The notes under the pieces are model-generated. The model worked only from the letters and a program-made list of their open reading frames with translations, was not told where the DNA came from and ran no database searches. This document shows, in pieces, positions 1 through 11,532 of a stretch of DNA of 64,000 nt. Position 1 is the first letter of the stretch. Each line of letters opens with the position of its first letter. The position numbers and the translations under genes are program-made. Origin of the DNA: an uncultured bacterium (GTDB lineage: Bacteria > Desulfobacterota_D > UBA1144 > Nemesobacterales > UBA2774). The stretch lies in assembly GCA_963825135.1 (NCBI GenBank), contig CAWGRW010000009.1, positions 1 to 64,000 of the forward strand, given 5' to 3'.

Positions 1-546
1 GAGGGCAACGAGGTGCTGATTTACAGGATCGGCGGCGGGTTCGCGACCGTTGAATCCGAGGGCACGGTAGAGGTCGAGCTCGACGCGAAGCCCGGGGACG
101 GCAGCGCCCGGCAGAGTCTGCGCGTAACCATAGAGGTCGAAACGCCCGAGCCCGAATACGACGTCGTCTACGCGTTTAAGGACGGCAGGCTAGGCATGGC
201 CGTGCTTCACCTCCGCGATACTGCCCAGGACCCCGCCGAATACATCAGGCTCCTCAGGGAAAAGTCCGCGGAGATTTCGAAGGAGACGGGCACCCCCGCC
301 TCGGGAGTCGCCGAGTACGACGTGAGCGCGCCGAAGGACGACCCCTATTCCGCGCCCCGGGAGATTTGCGAAGGACAGTACTCCCTCAAACACGCCTGGC
401 CCACTTTCAAAAACAGCACCGACATCACCATAGAGGCCGACCAGAAGAAGTTCTCCCACGAGCCCGACGGCAACCTCTCCGTTTTCTACGAGCGTGAAGT
501 ACCCCTATCCACCCTGCCCTCGAACGACTCCCACGAGACACTCTAG
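1..546 (+). CDS. Hypothetical protein, 5' end outside the window; paralog of the next gene
   Basis: Open frame from the window start; shares YDVVYAFKDGRLGMAVLH...EICEGQYSLKHAWPT motifs with the 1474-2136 gene. Confidence 0.75.
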   Translation, partial: EGNEVLIYRIGGGFATVESEGTVEVELDAKPGDGSARQSLRVTIEVETPEPEYDVVYAFKDGRLGMAVLHLRDTAQDPAEYIRLLREKSAEISKETGTPASGVAEYDVSAPKDDPYSAPREICEGQYSLKHAWPTFKNSTDITIEADQKKFSHEPDGNLSVFYEREVPLSTLPSNDSHETL

Positions 547-953
547 CGCAGTGAAACGCAGCGCGGCAATCTCGTCTTTCCTTTCCCCGACATTTCAATT
601 TGCGGCGGCACACACGCACATAGTGCGTTTTTACGATTCTAGTGCGACTCCTCCGCTTCCGCAATGCTCTCGATTGTCAGTGGTGCGGCGCGACGCCCCG
701 TTCACCCTGAGCCCGTCGAAGGGCGGTAATCTTATCTCCCTCCCCCCTTGTAGGGGGAGGGTATGGGTGGGGGGTTTACCTTATCACTCCTATCAATCAG
801 GTAGTTTTCTTCCCACATTACAGAATCTGCGGCGGGTGAGCACCCGCGAGCATATGATCTCTCACATCCCCCCTCGGCACAATCCAATCCGTTCACCCTG
901 AGCCCGTCGAAGGGTGCGAAATTATTTCCCTCTCCCCTCAGATAGGAGGGGGG

Positions 954-1045
954 AACAGTTGCAAGCAAGCGCGCAACTGGTCACTCTCTCAGCGAGTTCA
1001 CCCAAGTACATTAACTTCCGGCTTTACGTTGCCTAGGCCAAAACA
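954..1045 (+). mobile_element. ~92-nt AAC-stem-loop insert within a palindromic repeat
   Basis: Interrupts aggagggggga|gccagggtgggggtgtac; empty site at about 10591-10622. Confidence 0.7.
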
Positions 1046-1108
1046 GCCAGGGTGGGGGTGTACCTAGATATGTAAACCCGTTCGCGCTGAGCTAGTCGAA
1101 GCACGTTA

Positions 1109-1231
1109 CCGACATTACAGAATTTGCGTATGGAAAATCGATTGTACGAGCGTTAAGAATCTTACGCGGGGTGGGGTTGAATTGGAAGATTTAGCGAGTA
1201 CATGAGATTTTCAGCACAATTCTGTAGTCGG
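1109..1231 (+). repeat. ~123-nt long-hairpin repeat (LH), copy 1
   Basis: ccgacattacagaatttgc...gcacaattctgtagtcgg. Confidence 0.9.
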
Positions 1232-1473
1232 ATGATTTTCGTCTTTGTATCCAGACAAAGAAGAAAATCTATTGTCTTTGCTTTTTCTGTGTCTTTTCGA
1301 AAGTTCACACTATGTGTGTTCATCAAGGAAAAGAAGGATAAATCAAATAGCCTTTCGCCTTTCCTTTGTCATTGCGAGCCCTCCCGTTCGACCATCGGCA
1401 CACATCCCCCTCTTGCGTCCCCCGCCCTTCCGGCACGATAATATCCGCAACACCCTGAACGGGAGCGGATACC

Positions 1474-2136
1474 ATTATCAAATCACTTGCCGTAATCGCC
1501 TTATTATTGCTATCCCCGGCGGCCCTGTCCTTCGCGGCGGGCGAAAAGCCCGACCTGAGGGACGTTAAGTGGGGCATGTCGAAAGAAGAGGTCATGAAGC
1601 ACGAAAAGGCCGAGAAAATCAAGGAAACTGACAGCATACTCGTATACTTCGTCAAAGGCGGGCCTACGCGCGAAATTATCCATACGCATCCCGACCTGGA
1701 TGGGAAATCGATGGAGCTATCCATGGATATCGACGTACCCGACTACAACCTCGTCTACCCTTCCGGACGGCAAGCTCGGCATGGCCATACTCCACATGGA
1801 CAACCCCAAGGCGGACGCGAAGGGCTATATCGACGAGTTTGACAGGCAAACGGACAAGATAACCGAGGAGACCGGGAAGGAGCCCGACGGACAGGCGAAA
1901 TACGCCGAGAACGAGAGCGAGGACACCGTCTACGAGCACCCCGCGGAGATATGCACGGGGAGATACGGTTTAAGGTACATCTGGCCCACGATAAACGACA
2001 GGACTAAAATCATGATCGAGTCGACGACAGGAAGTCTGCCGACGACAAGTCCGAATGCACCCTGGCGATCTTCTACGAGAGCGTGAAATTCCCCGTCGAC
2101 CCCGCCTCCTCGGCGAAGATGCACGAAGCGTTGTGA
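1474..2136 (+). CDS. Secreted hypothetical protein with KWGM motif; two apparent frameshifts, start uncertain
   Basis: Signal peptide (KSLAVIALLLLSPAALSFA) and DLRDVKWGMSKEEV; ORF pieces 1507-1842 and 1700-2086 join to match the upstream paralog (DGKLGMAILH, EICTGRYGLRYIWPT); ends HEAL*. Confidence 0.65.
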
Positions 2137-2326
2137 GTCAATAATCAGAAGTTCCAACCGCTGAATATTCCGATATCCTTATTTCATCCGGCGCCGCGGC
2201 ACGGGACATGGTTCACGACGACGGAAATAGCCCCCCATTTCCATACCCCTCCAGCCAAGGTTATAATTGTTTATTATTATATTTTCCTGATAAGCTAAAT
2301 CGCACTCTCTTAACGGAGGATAGTAC

Positions 2327-3974
2327 ATGAAATACCGGAAACCTTTACTCGCGTTCTTATTAGTCCTGACGGCCGTTTTCGGCCTCTACGGGAGGATGCT
2401 CGTCGGGCGGCGGCTCGGGCGTCCCCGCAAACATACGCGCGATATTCGACAAGGCGCTCTACTCGGACGATCCGGGCCTCCGCGTCCTCGACCTCGAAAC
2501 GGGCGAGGTGCTCATCGACTACAAGCCCGATTACGACTTCTATATCGGCTCCGTCAGGAAGATATTCTCCACAGGCGAACTACTGAACGAAATAGGCCCC
2601 GATCACCTGTTCGTAACGCCTGTATATAAGGAAGGCGAGGTCGACGGCTCGGGGGTGCTCAACGGTAGCCTGATTCTCGTCGCGTCGGGCGACATCTCCA
2701 TGGGCGGCAGGACGAAGGCGAACGGGCAGTTCGCGATTACAGACTTCGACCACAACGAGGCAAGCTCGTTCGGCAACGCCGAGCTCACGAAGCCCGACCC
2801 GCTCAAGGGCTATAAGGCCATAGCGGAGCAGATAGCGGCCTCGGGCATCACACAGGTGGACGACGTCGTAATAGACGACAGGCTCTGGAAGCCCTACCCG
2901 TTCAGGGGAGAGTTCGACCTGAGACCGATATTCGTAAACGACGACTGCGTCGATCTGATTATGAACCCGACATCTCCGGGCCTGGACTCATCCGTGGACT
3001 GGCGTCCAAAATCGGCCGCGTTCGGGGTCGTGAACGATCTCGTCACGTCGGGACCGGAGACGGAGTTCATGCTGGAGCTCGACCCCGCAAACCCCGGGTG
3101 CATCGGCGAGCCCGGCTGCACGGCCGCCGTCACCGGACACTCCCGGTGGATTTCTGCCGCCGTTCACGAACGAGTTCCCGCTCGTCCAGACGTTCAGGAT
3201 AACCGAGCCTCAGAACTACGCGCGCACCGTGCTCATCGAGCTTCTCGAGGACGCGGGCGTTACCGTGCTCGCGGACACGGTTGCCCAAAACCCCGTGGCG
3301 AAAATCCCGCCAAGAACTCTTATTCCGGGGACGACCTCGTGACGACGTTCGTCTCTTTCCCGTATAAGGACTACGCGAAGCTGATAAACAAGGTGAGTTA
3401 TAACTTGGGGGCGAACGCGGGCTTCCTCCTCTGGGGCAAAACGCAGGGGGTCGATAACATGGACGCCGCGCTCGCCGCCGAGAGGGAGATGCTGACGAAC
3501 GTATACGGCTTCCCCGGCGACGATTTCCACTTTATCAACGGCGACGGCGGCGGCGAGACCATGGCGAAGAACGAGGTCGTGACGAAATGGCTCGAGATGA
3601 TGACGGAGCAGCCGGCGTTCGAGGCTTTCTTCGACTCTCTCCCGATTCTCGCCGTTGACGGCTCTATGGTGTTCGTTGACGGTTTCCTGTCCGACCCGAC
3701 CCTCGCCGGGGCCAAGGGACAGGTGCACGCGAAGACCGGCACATACGCCGGGGGAGACGAGACGGGCTTCGTCGTAAAGGGCGAGGCGTTCGCGGGTTAC
3801 ATCGACACAAAGAGCGGGAGAGGCCTCGTCTACCAGGTCGTCGTCAATAATGTCAGGTTAAATACGTTGCTCGACATTCTCGAAGTAATCCAGGACGAGG
3901 GCAATAACGGCCATGCTCTGGCGCGACTATCGATTCGCGCGCACGCACAACGGCGTGTGTCTATACGATTCTAG
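2327..3974 (+). CDS. dacB: D-alanyl-D-alanine carboxypeptidase/endopeptidase, peptidase S13 (PBP4-like), copy 1, frameshifted
   Basis: SxxK (GSVRK), SxN (SYN) and KTG (HAKTGT) motifs; signal peptide and GGAGG RBS; several indels, 3' end uncertain (about 3933 by homology). Confidence 0.85.
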
Positions 3975-4373
3975 TGGACTTCCTTATCCCGACCAATAAT
4001 TTCCCTCCCCCCGCAAGGGGGGGGACTAAGGTGGGGGTGTACAATGTGTGCTCATATACGATCCTTCCGAAACTCTTACGCTCAAACCGGCAATCATGAC
4101 GTTTTCGTACGTCAGCGGCGACACGCCGCCCCGTTCACCCTGAGCTTGTCGAAGGGCGGTAATCTTATCTCCCTCCCCCCTTGAGGGGGAGGGTATGGGT
4201 GGGGGGTTTACCTTATCACTACTATCAATCAGGGAGTCTTTTCTTCCCCGACATTACAGAATTTGCGGCGGGTGAGCACCCGCGGGCATATGATCTCAAG
4301 CATCTCCTTTCCCGTTATTGCGAGTGAAGCGAAGCAATCTCGTCTTTTATCTCTATTCCCTCCTTAGAAAAAG

Positions 4374-4465
4374 AACGGATGCGAATAGGTGAGCATTCGG
4401 ACGCCCTACGGTAAAGAGCAAAGAAGGAACTTAACTTCCGGCTCAATGCTTCTGAAGTCCAAGTA
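4374..4465 (+). mobile_element. ~92-nt AAC-stem-loop insert (twin at 7161-7252)
   Basis: Interrupts ccctccttagaaaaag|ggttagggaggattt; empty site at about 17811-17844. Confidence 0.7.
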
Positions 4466-4609
4466 GGTTAGGGAGGATTTAGTTTGTTCTTTCTCTTCCC
4501 GACATTACAGAATTTGCGGCGGGTGAGCACCCGCGGGCATACGATTTCAAGCATCTCCTTTACTGTCATTTCGACCAACGGGAGAAATCTGTCTTTTCTT
4601 TTATCTCCC

Positions 4610-4732
4610 CCGACATTACAGAATTTGCGTTAAGAAAATCGATTGTACGAGCGTTAAGAATCTTACGCGGGGTGGGGTAGAATTGGAAGATTTAGCGAGT
4701 ACATGAGATTTTTAGCACAATTCTGTAGTCGG
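4610..4732 (+). repeat. LH repeat copy 2
   Basis: Same arms and core. Confidence 0.9.
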
Positions 4733-5105
4733 ATGATTTTCTGTTTTTTTTCATCAAGGAAAAGAAGGATAAAAAAAACAGCTTTTCACCTTTTCTAGTC
4801 TTTTCATAATCCACACTATGCGTGTGCTTCTTCTCGTCGAGGAAAAGAAGGATAAAAAAAAACAGCCTATCACCTTTCTTTGTCTTGTCTTTCCGAAAGA
4901 CCACACTGCTTGCGTTAATCAAGGAAAAGAAGAGATAATATATTCGCCTTTTCTTTTTTATTTATCTTCCTCAAAAGAGCAAGCAAGTTCGGCAATCCCG
5001 TATTTTCCTCCCCCCATTTCCCTTTTCCCCCCAACCGAGGCTATAATTGTTTACCGTTATATTTTCTGTTAATCAAAATCACCCTGTCTTGACGGAGGAT
5101 AATGC

Positions 5106-6722
5106 ATGAGATACCGGAAAGCTCTACTCGTGTTTTTACTGGTCCTGATTGCCGTTTTCGTCCTGTACAAGGGCTTCGGCGGCTCGGGCTCGAACATCCC
5201 GGCCGACATACGCGCGACATTCGACAAGGCGCTTTACTCAGGCTCTTCTGGGGCCTCCGCGTGGTGGACCTCGACACGGGCAAGGTGCTCATCAATCTGA
5301 AACCGGACTACAATTTCTTCATCGGCTCCGTCAGGAAGGTATTCTCCGTCGGCGAGCTTCTCAACGAAATAGGCCCCGATCACCTCTTCGTGACCCCGGT
5401 ATATAAGAAAGGCGAAGTGAACGGCTCGGGGGTGCTCAAAGGCAGCCTCATTCTCGTCGCGTCGGGCGACATCTCGATGGGCGGCAGGACGAAGGCGAAC
5501 GGACAGCTCGCGATTACCAACTTCGACCACAACGAGGCCGACTCGCTCGGAAACGCCGTGCTCACGAAGCCAGACCCGCTCAAGGGCTATAAGGCCATCG
5601 CGGAGCAGATAGCGGCCTCGGGCATAACGCAGGTTGACGACGTTGTGATTGACGACAGGTTGTTCCAGCCCTTCCCCTTCAGGAACGAGGGTGCGTTCGC
5701 AATCAGGCCGATATTCGTGAACGACGACTGCGTCGATCTGATTATCAACCCCGCCTCCACCGGCATGGAAGCGTCCGTCGACTGGCGTCCCAAATCGGCC
5801 GCGCTCGGGGTCGTGAACGATCTCGTCACGTCGGGCCCCGGTTCGGAGCTCACCCTCGGGCTCGAGCCCGAATTCCCGGACTGCATAGGCAAGCCCGGCT
5901 GCACTGCGGAGTCAGCGGCCGGCTCCCGGTGGACTTAGTTCCCCCGTTCACGAACGAGTTCCCTCTTATAAGGACATTCAGGATAGTCGAGCCTCAGAAC
6001 TACGCGCGCACGGTGCTCATCGAGCTTCTCGAGGACGCGGGCGTCACGGTGCTCGCGGATCCGTGGCCCAAAACCCCGTGGCGAAGCTCCCGCCCAAGAA
6101 CTCTTATTCGCAGGACGACCTCGTGACGACCTTCGTCTCATTCCCCTACGCCGAATACGCGAAGCTAATATTGAAAGTGAGCTATAACATCGGCGGCGCG
6201 GACACGAGCCTGCTCCTCTGGGGCACCACGCAGGGGGTAGACAACATGGACGCGGCACTCGCGGCCGAGAGGGTTAATCTCACGGAGAATTTCGGCATAC
6301 CGGGCGGCGAGTTCTTCTTCATCGACGGAAGCGGCGGCGGCGGGACCACGGCGACTAACAAAGCAGTCACCGAATGGCTCAGGATAATGACCGGGAAGCC
6401 GGCGTTCGGCGCGTTCTTCGCTGCGCTGCCGATACTCGGAGTGGACGGCTCTCTCGGTTTCGTGACCGATTTCGAGTCGATCGGACGTTAGCCGGGGCGA
6501 AGGGACGGGTGCACGCAAAGACCGGCACGTTCGCGGCCGGTGACGCATCCGGGTCTCGTGATAAAGGGACAGGCGTTCGGCGGTTATATCGACGCGAAGA
6601 GCGGCAGACGCCTCGTCTACCAGACTCGTCGTCAACAATGTCCCGGTTCAGCAGTCAACGACCTTCTCGAAATATTCCAGGACGAGGGCACAATATCCGC
6701 AGTCCTCTGGCGCGACTATTGA
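5106..6722 (+). CDS. dacB: D-alanyl-D-alanine carboxypeptidase/endopeptidase, peptidase S13, copy 2, frameshifted
   Basis: Same GSVRK, SYN, DGSG and HAKTGT motifs spread across ORF pieces 5106-5300, 5102-5938, 5929-6126, 6063-6491, 6374-6889 and 6540-6722. Confidence 0.85.
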
Positions 6723-7590
6723 TTCGCGCGCACGCACACACGGCGTGTGTCTATACGATTCTAGTGGACTTCCTTATCCGACCAATAATTTCCCCTCCCC
6801 CCGCAAGGGGGAGGATTAAGGTGGGGGTGTACAATGTGTGCTCATATACGATCCTGTCGAAACTCCTCAGCTCAAACCGGCAATCGTGACGTTTTCGTAC
6901 GTCAGCGGCGACACGCCGCCCCGTTCACCCTGAGCCTGTCGAAGGACGGTAATCTTATCTCCCTCCCCCCTTGAGGGGGAGGGTATGGGTGGGGGTTTAC
7001 CTTATCACTACTATCAATCAGGGAGTCTTTTCTTCCCGACATTACAGAATTCGCGGCGGGTAGGCACCCGCGGGCTTACGATCTCAAGCATCTCCTTTCC
7101 CGTTATTGCGAGTGAAGCGGAGCAATCTCGTCTTTATCTCTATTCCCTCCTTAAGAAAAGAACGGATGCGAATAGGTGAGCATTCGGACGCCCTACTCTA
7201 AAGAGCAAAGAAGGAACTTAACTTCCGGCTCAATGCTTCTGAAGTCCAAGTAGGTTAGGGAGGATTTAGTTTGTTCTTTCTCTTCCCGACATTACAGAAT
7301 TTGCGGCGGGTGAGCACCCGCGGGCATACGATCTCAAGCATCTCCTTTACTGTCATTTCGACCAACGGGAGAAATCTGTCTTTTCTTTTATCTCCCCCGA
7401 CATTACAGAATTTGCGTATGGAAAATCGATTGTACGAGCGTTAAAAATCTTCCACGGGGTGGGGTTGAATTGGAAGATTTAGCGAGTACATGAGATTTTT
7501 AGCAAATTCTGTAGTCGGATGATTTTTTTGCTTTTTTTCATCAAGGAAAAGAAGGATAAAAAAAACAGCCTATCACCTTTCTTTGTCTTG
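6710..7590 (+). repeat. Second copy of the ~880-bp intergenic mosaic downstream of dacB
   Basis: Near-identical to 3920-4800. Confidence 0.9.
7397..7518 (+). repeat. LH repeat copy 3
   Basis: Same arms and core. Confidence 0.9.
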
Positions 7591-7815
7591 TCTTTTCGAA
7601 AGATCACACTACGCTTGTGTCGCGGCCGGAAGCTGCTCCTACATGAATCTTCCCGTCATTTCTCGCCTGAGGCGAGAAATCTCATCTTTTCTCTTTCCCC
7701 GAACGTTACACAATTTGCGGCAGCGGGCAAAAAAAAGCCCGGAGAATATTCTCCCGGGCCTCGATTATTCTTCAGCTAATTGAAAATTTCACTCCGTCTT
7801 ATTCTTATACCGTCT

Positions 7816-9236
7816 TCATAACCCGAGCGCCGCGCACGTCATGCCGGGACGGAACGTAGAATACAACCATACGGTCCGCGCGGTGGGATTATCGTTTGAA
7901 ACGCTACGTACATCGATCGATGCATTCGCAGCCAGATCAACGCATAACGCACTGGAACAGGTTGTCCCGGACGGCCCGCTCACCGTGCAGGTGATAGGAC
8001 TTGCTATGCCGCCCACCATCACCGTGAATGCATAACTGTTGGGTGCGGCACCTATAGTATTGTCTAATAAGATATTTAGACCCACAAGTGCGCCCGAAAC
8101 GGGCAAGCTATGTTGAACTACAGATTCAGTAGCACTGGAGTTCTCCAAAAACATATCTATGAATGTAGAAGTGGCAGATGCTCCGGTTAGGATATTAATA
8201 CGAGACCCGCCTGACAATATAGTCACGCCGGCAGGTGCGGGATCACCCTTAGGCCCCTGAGGCCCCGTAGCCCCCGTAGCACCGGTAGCTCCGGTCGTTC
8301 CCGTTGGCCCGGCGGGTCCGGCTGGCCCGGCAGGCCCCGTAGCCCCTGTAGAACCGGTAGCTCCGGTCGTTCCCGTTGGCCCGGCTGGCCCGGCAGGGCC
8401 CGTAGCCCCTGTCGTTCCCGTGGGTCCGGCGGGTCCGATAGGCCCGGCTGGCCCTGCTGGTCCCGCAGGTCCGGCAGGCCCTGTTGTCCCCTCGGGCCCG
8501 TTGCATACGTAAGTAGTGCCGGAAACGATATTGTCCTGCCCGGATTCGACCTTTACACCGCCGTCCGCGCAGTTAGCTCCCGCGGGCTCGGGCGTCGTGT
8601 TCACAAATGCGTTGAGCCCGTCCGTACCAGCAGGCCCTGTAGGTCCCGTAGCCCCGGTCGCGCCTGTAGGCCCGATTGGACCGATGGGTCCGACCGCTCC
8701 GGTTGGTCCGGTTAGACACCGTTGCTCCGGTCGCACCTGTTGTCCCTGTCGGGCCGATTGGTCCCTGAGGTCCCTCGGGCCCGTTGCATACGTAAGTAGT
8801 GCTGGAAACGAATATTGTCCTGTCCGGATTCGACCTTTACGCCGCCGTCCGCGCAGTTAGCTCCCGCGGGCTCGGGCGTCGTGTCACAAACGCGTTGAGC
8901 CCGTCCGTCCCCGCCGTCCCCGTAGGTCCCGTAGCCCCGGTCGCTCCCGTAGATCCGATGGGTCCCTGAGGTCCGATTGGTCCGACCGCTCCCTCAGGAC
9001 CGATTGGTCCCTGGGGTCTTCCGGTCCCATAGGTCGGGGGCGGTCCCTGTTCCCCGGCATTTACCTGAATAGGAACCTCCTGTTCGAGACATTCCGTACC
9101 GGGCCCTCTGAAAGTTCACTATTTGAAGAAAATCGTCGAGTACGCAAAAGGTTAATTCTTCTGAATTACTTCTACTTGCAAACAACAAAAAGCATAAAGC
9201 TAAAGATATCCCGATCTCCCTTCTCATCATCTCCAT
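7816..9236 (-). CDS. Secreted collagen-like protein with Gly-X-Y tracts, two [14 protein letters not shown]...YVCNG repeats and a globular C-terminus; frameshifted
   Basis: GPT/GAT/GPA triplets; signal peptide in ORF 8994-9236; internal duplication ~8490-8720 / ~8770-9000. Confidence 0.8.
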
Positions 9237-9570
9237 TCTCCTGTAATGTGAATAAAAAAGGTCTTCTAGTCTATCCTGTCAAATTCTTTCCTACTTTAGT
9301 CAATTGCTGGAGAAAATATATCCTAATATAGATATTCTAATAACACTTGTCAAATTTTATTTTTTGAAGTACCATTTGTAATAGATAATGTTTTCAGTTT
9401 GTACAGGATAATTGCTAAACTCGTTTGTGATGTATTGCTGGTCAATATTAGCATATAGATATATAGTTAATCATTTGTATCGCAGATACAAAGACGGGAT
9501 AAATCAGGGTGCTTCCCGTTCCGACGCTTGGAATCGGTCCCGGCACAAATGTTTGAATATAATGAAGGGG

Positions 9571-10214
9571 ATGATGATGAAATCGAGAAAAATATATGCC
9601 TTTATACTCTTTCCCGTAATTTTAGCCTTAATCTATCGGAGGCTGCGGCGGATCGGGAGGGGACAACCCTCAGCCTACGCCCAAACCCTCGCCCACGCCC
9701 GCGCCTACCTCGAAGCCCACGGCATGTAATTCTCCGTCGTTGAATACGGCTTACGTGAACGTTGACGATACGAATCAGTTCTACGTCTATAACGCCGCGG
9801 GGAGCACGCTCGATACGCACCTCTACTCGGACGGAAAGAACGTGTTTGTGCTGGTGTCCGACGGCCTGACCACGTTCGGGTTCGGCGGAGTCCCCACGGG
9901 CGCGGGCACCGCGTGCGAATTAATCAAAGGCGTCCGCCGATTACAATAACGACGGCGTGTTCGACGAGACGGCGAAGAGTTTCTTCAGCAACTGCCTGAG
10001 GCTCGATGACGGGGGCAGTTCACATACCTCGACGGCCCTGGGCAAGGTCGATGCCTCACAGGAATTCGAGGACAGGCTTCTGTATCTCTACAACCAGGTC
10101 GCATACTACAACGTACTCGACACCCTCGGCTGCGACCAGACCGAGACCGTTCCCGATAGCGGCATTTACGAGCCCCTGCTCCTGCAGCTCCAGACCGAGA
10201 TCAACGCCATCTGA
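9571..10214 (+). CDS. Putative lipoprotein with Pro/Thr linker, frameshifted
   Basis: MMMKSRKIYAFILFPVILAL...GGC lipobox-like start, PQPTPKPSPTP linker; continues in ORFs 9740-9949 and 9957-10214. Confidence 0.6.
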
Positions 10215-10666
10215 ACGGGACCAGACGCACGCGCACACAGTGGGTTTCCACGATTCTACTTGCGCTCCTCCGCCCGACTTACCCGTCATTGCGAGCAACG
10301 CGAAGCAATCTCATCTTTTCTTTCTGTCATTCCCGAAAGCCTTCATCGGGAATCCAGTCTTTGATCTTGTCATTGCGAGCGTAACGAACGAATGCGAGAG
10401 AAGCGCGGCAATCTAGTTTTTTCTTTATCTTCCGACATTACAGAATTCGCGGCGGGCACACACAATGTGTGTCTCTACGATCCTTCCGTAACTCCTCTGC
10501 CATCGCCGGGGAATTTGCCCAATCCTGTTCACCCTGAGCGCACGCGTAGTGTGCTGTCGAAGGGTGCGAATTATTTCCCTCCCCCTCAATAGGAGGGGGG
10601 AGGGTTAGGGTGGGGGTGTACCCAGATATGTAAACCCGTTCGTGCTGAGCTAGTCGAAGCACGTTA

Positions 10667-10788
10667 CCGACATTACAGAATTTGCGTTAAGAAAATCGAT
10701 TGTACGAGCGTTAAAAATCTTACGTGGGATGGGGCGGGATCGGAAGATTTAGCGAGTACATGAGATTTTTAGCAAATTATGTAGTCGG
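10667..10788 (+). repeat. LH repeat copy 4
   Basis: Same arms and core. Confidence 0.9.
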
Positions 10789-10922
10789 ATGATTTTTGCT
10801 TCTTTTCATCAAGGAAAAGAAGGATAAATAAAACAGCCTTTCACCTTTCTAGTCTTTTCATTATCTTTTCATAGACCACTTTAGGTGCACGGTGTTTTCA
10901 TAATCCACACCCGGCAATCCCC

Positions 10923-11375
10923 CTACTTGTCCGGTAGATATATGTCCTTCGCGAGCTCTATGAACCCCCGCCATATCCCGTCGGGCTCCCACACCTCGTC
11001 CATCGGCGCTCTCGCTTCGTCCTCGGTCACCCCGAGGCTCAGGAGCCTGTAGAGGTAAACGAACGCGGACGCCCTCTTGTTGACGACGCAGTGCACCCAG
11101 ACCTTCTTGTTTCGGAGGTCGTCCATGACCGAGAAGAAACGGTCGAGGTCGGACAGCCCGGGCGCTGTCCACACGACGGGTATGTGGTAATAGGTCATGC
11201 CCGAGGCAGACGCGACGTCCCCCTCGTCCGGTATCGCGTCGGGGGACGTGCCCGTCGCGAGGTTCACGACGGCCGCGTAACCCTCTTTCGCGATTTGTGC
11301 GAACTCCTCCCGCCCCGGCTGCCCGGACGTCGCGATGTCGTCGCTCACAATGACGCAGTTTTTGATATTGTTCAT
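10923..11375 (-). CDS. Protein-tyrosine-phosphatase-like (DUF442-like) protein
   Basis: ATSGQP, YYHIPV and HCVVNKRAS (CX5R) motifs. Confidence 0.85.
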   Translation of the reverse strand: MNNIKNCVIVSDDIATSGQPGREEFAQIAKEGYAAVVNLATGTSPDAIPDEGDVASASGMTYYHIPVVWTAPGLSDLDRFFSVMDDLRNKKVWVHCVVNKRASAFVYLYRLLSLGVTEDEARAPMDEVWEPDGIWRGFIELAKDIYLPDK

Positions 11376-11532
11376 ACGGGGAAAATATAGTCGCGATCAT
11401 CCCCCATTCCACAATAAATTCCTTCCCCCTAAAAAGGGGGAAGGTACGGATGGGGGTGTCACATTTCATTTATAAAATCAATCATGCTGAATTAATTTCA
11501 GCATCTCGCTTTTAATATCTTACATATCCCTT

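Larger units (their letters stand above)
3920..4800 (+). repeat. ~880-bp intergenic repeat mosaic, near-identical to 6710-7590
   Basis: Direct reading: both run cgcgactat.gattcgcgcgcacgcac... through aggataaaaaaaacagc with few differences. Confidence 0.9.

Noticed and set aside
494..1441. Short ORFs within repeat mosaics (also 4692-5072, 7519-7783, 18026-18265, 29517-29864, 63578-63823)
   Set aside because: They are translations of the repeat modules, giving recurring peptides such as TLQNLR and FFSLMK, without RBS or coding bias.
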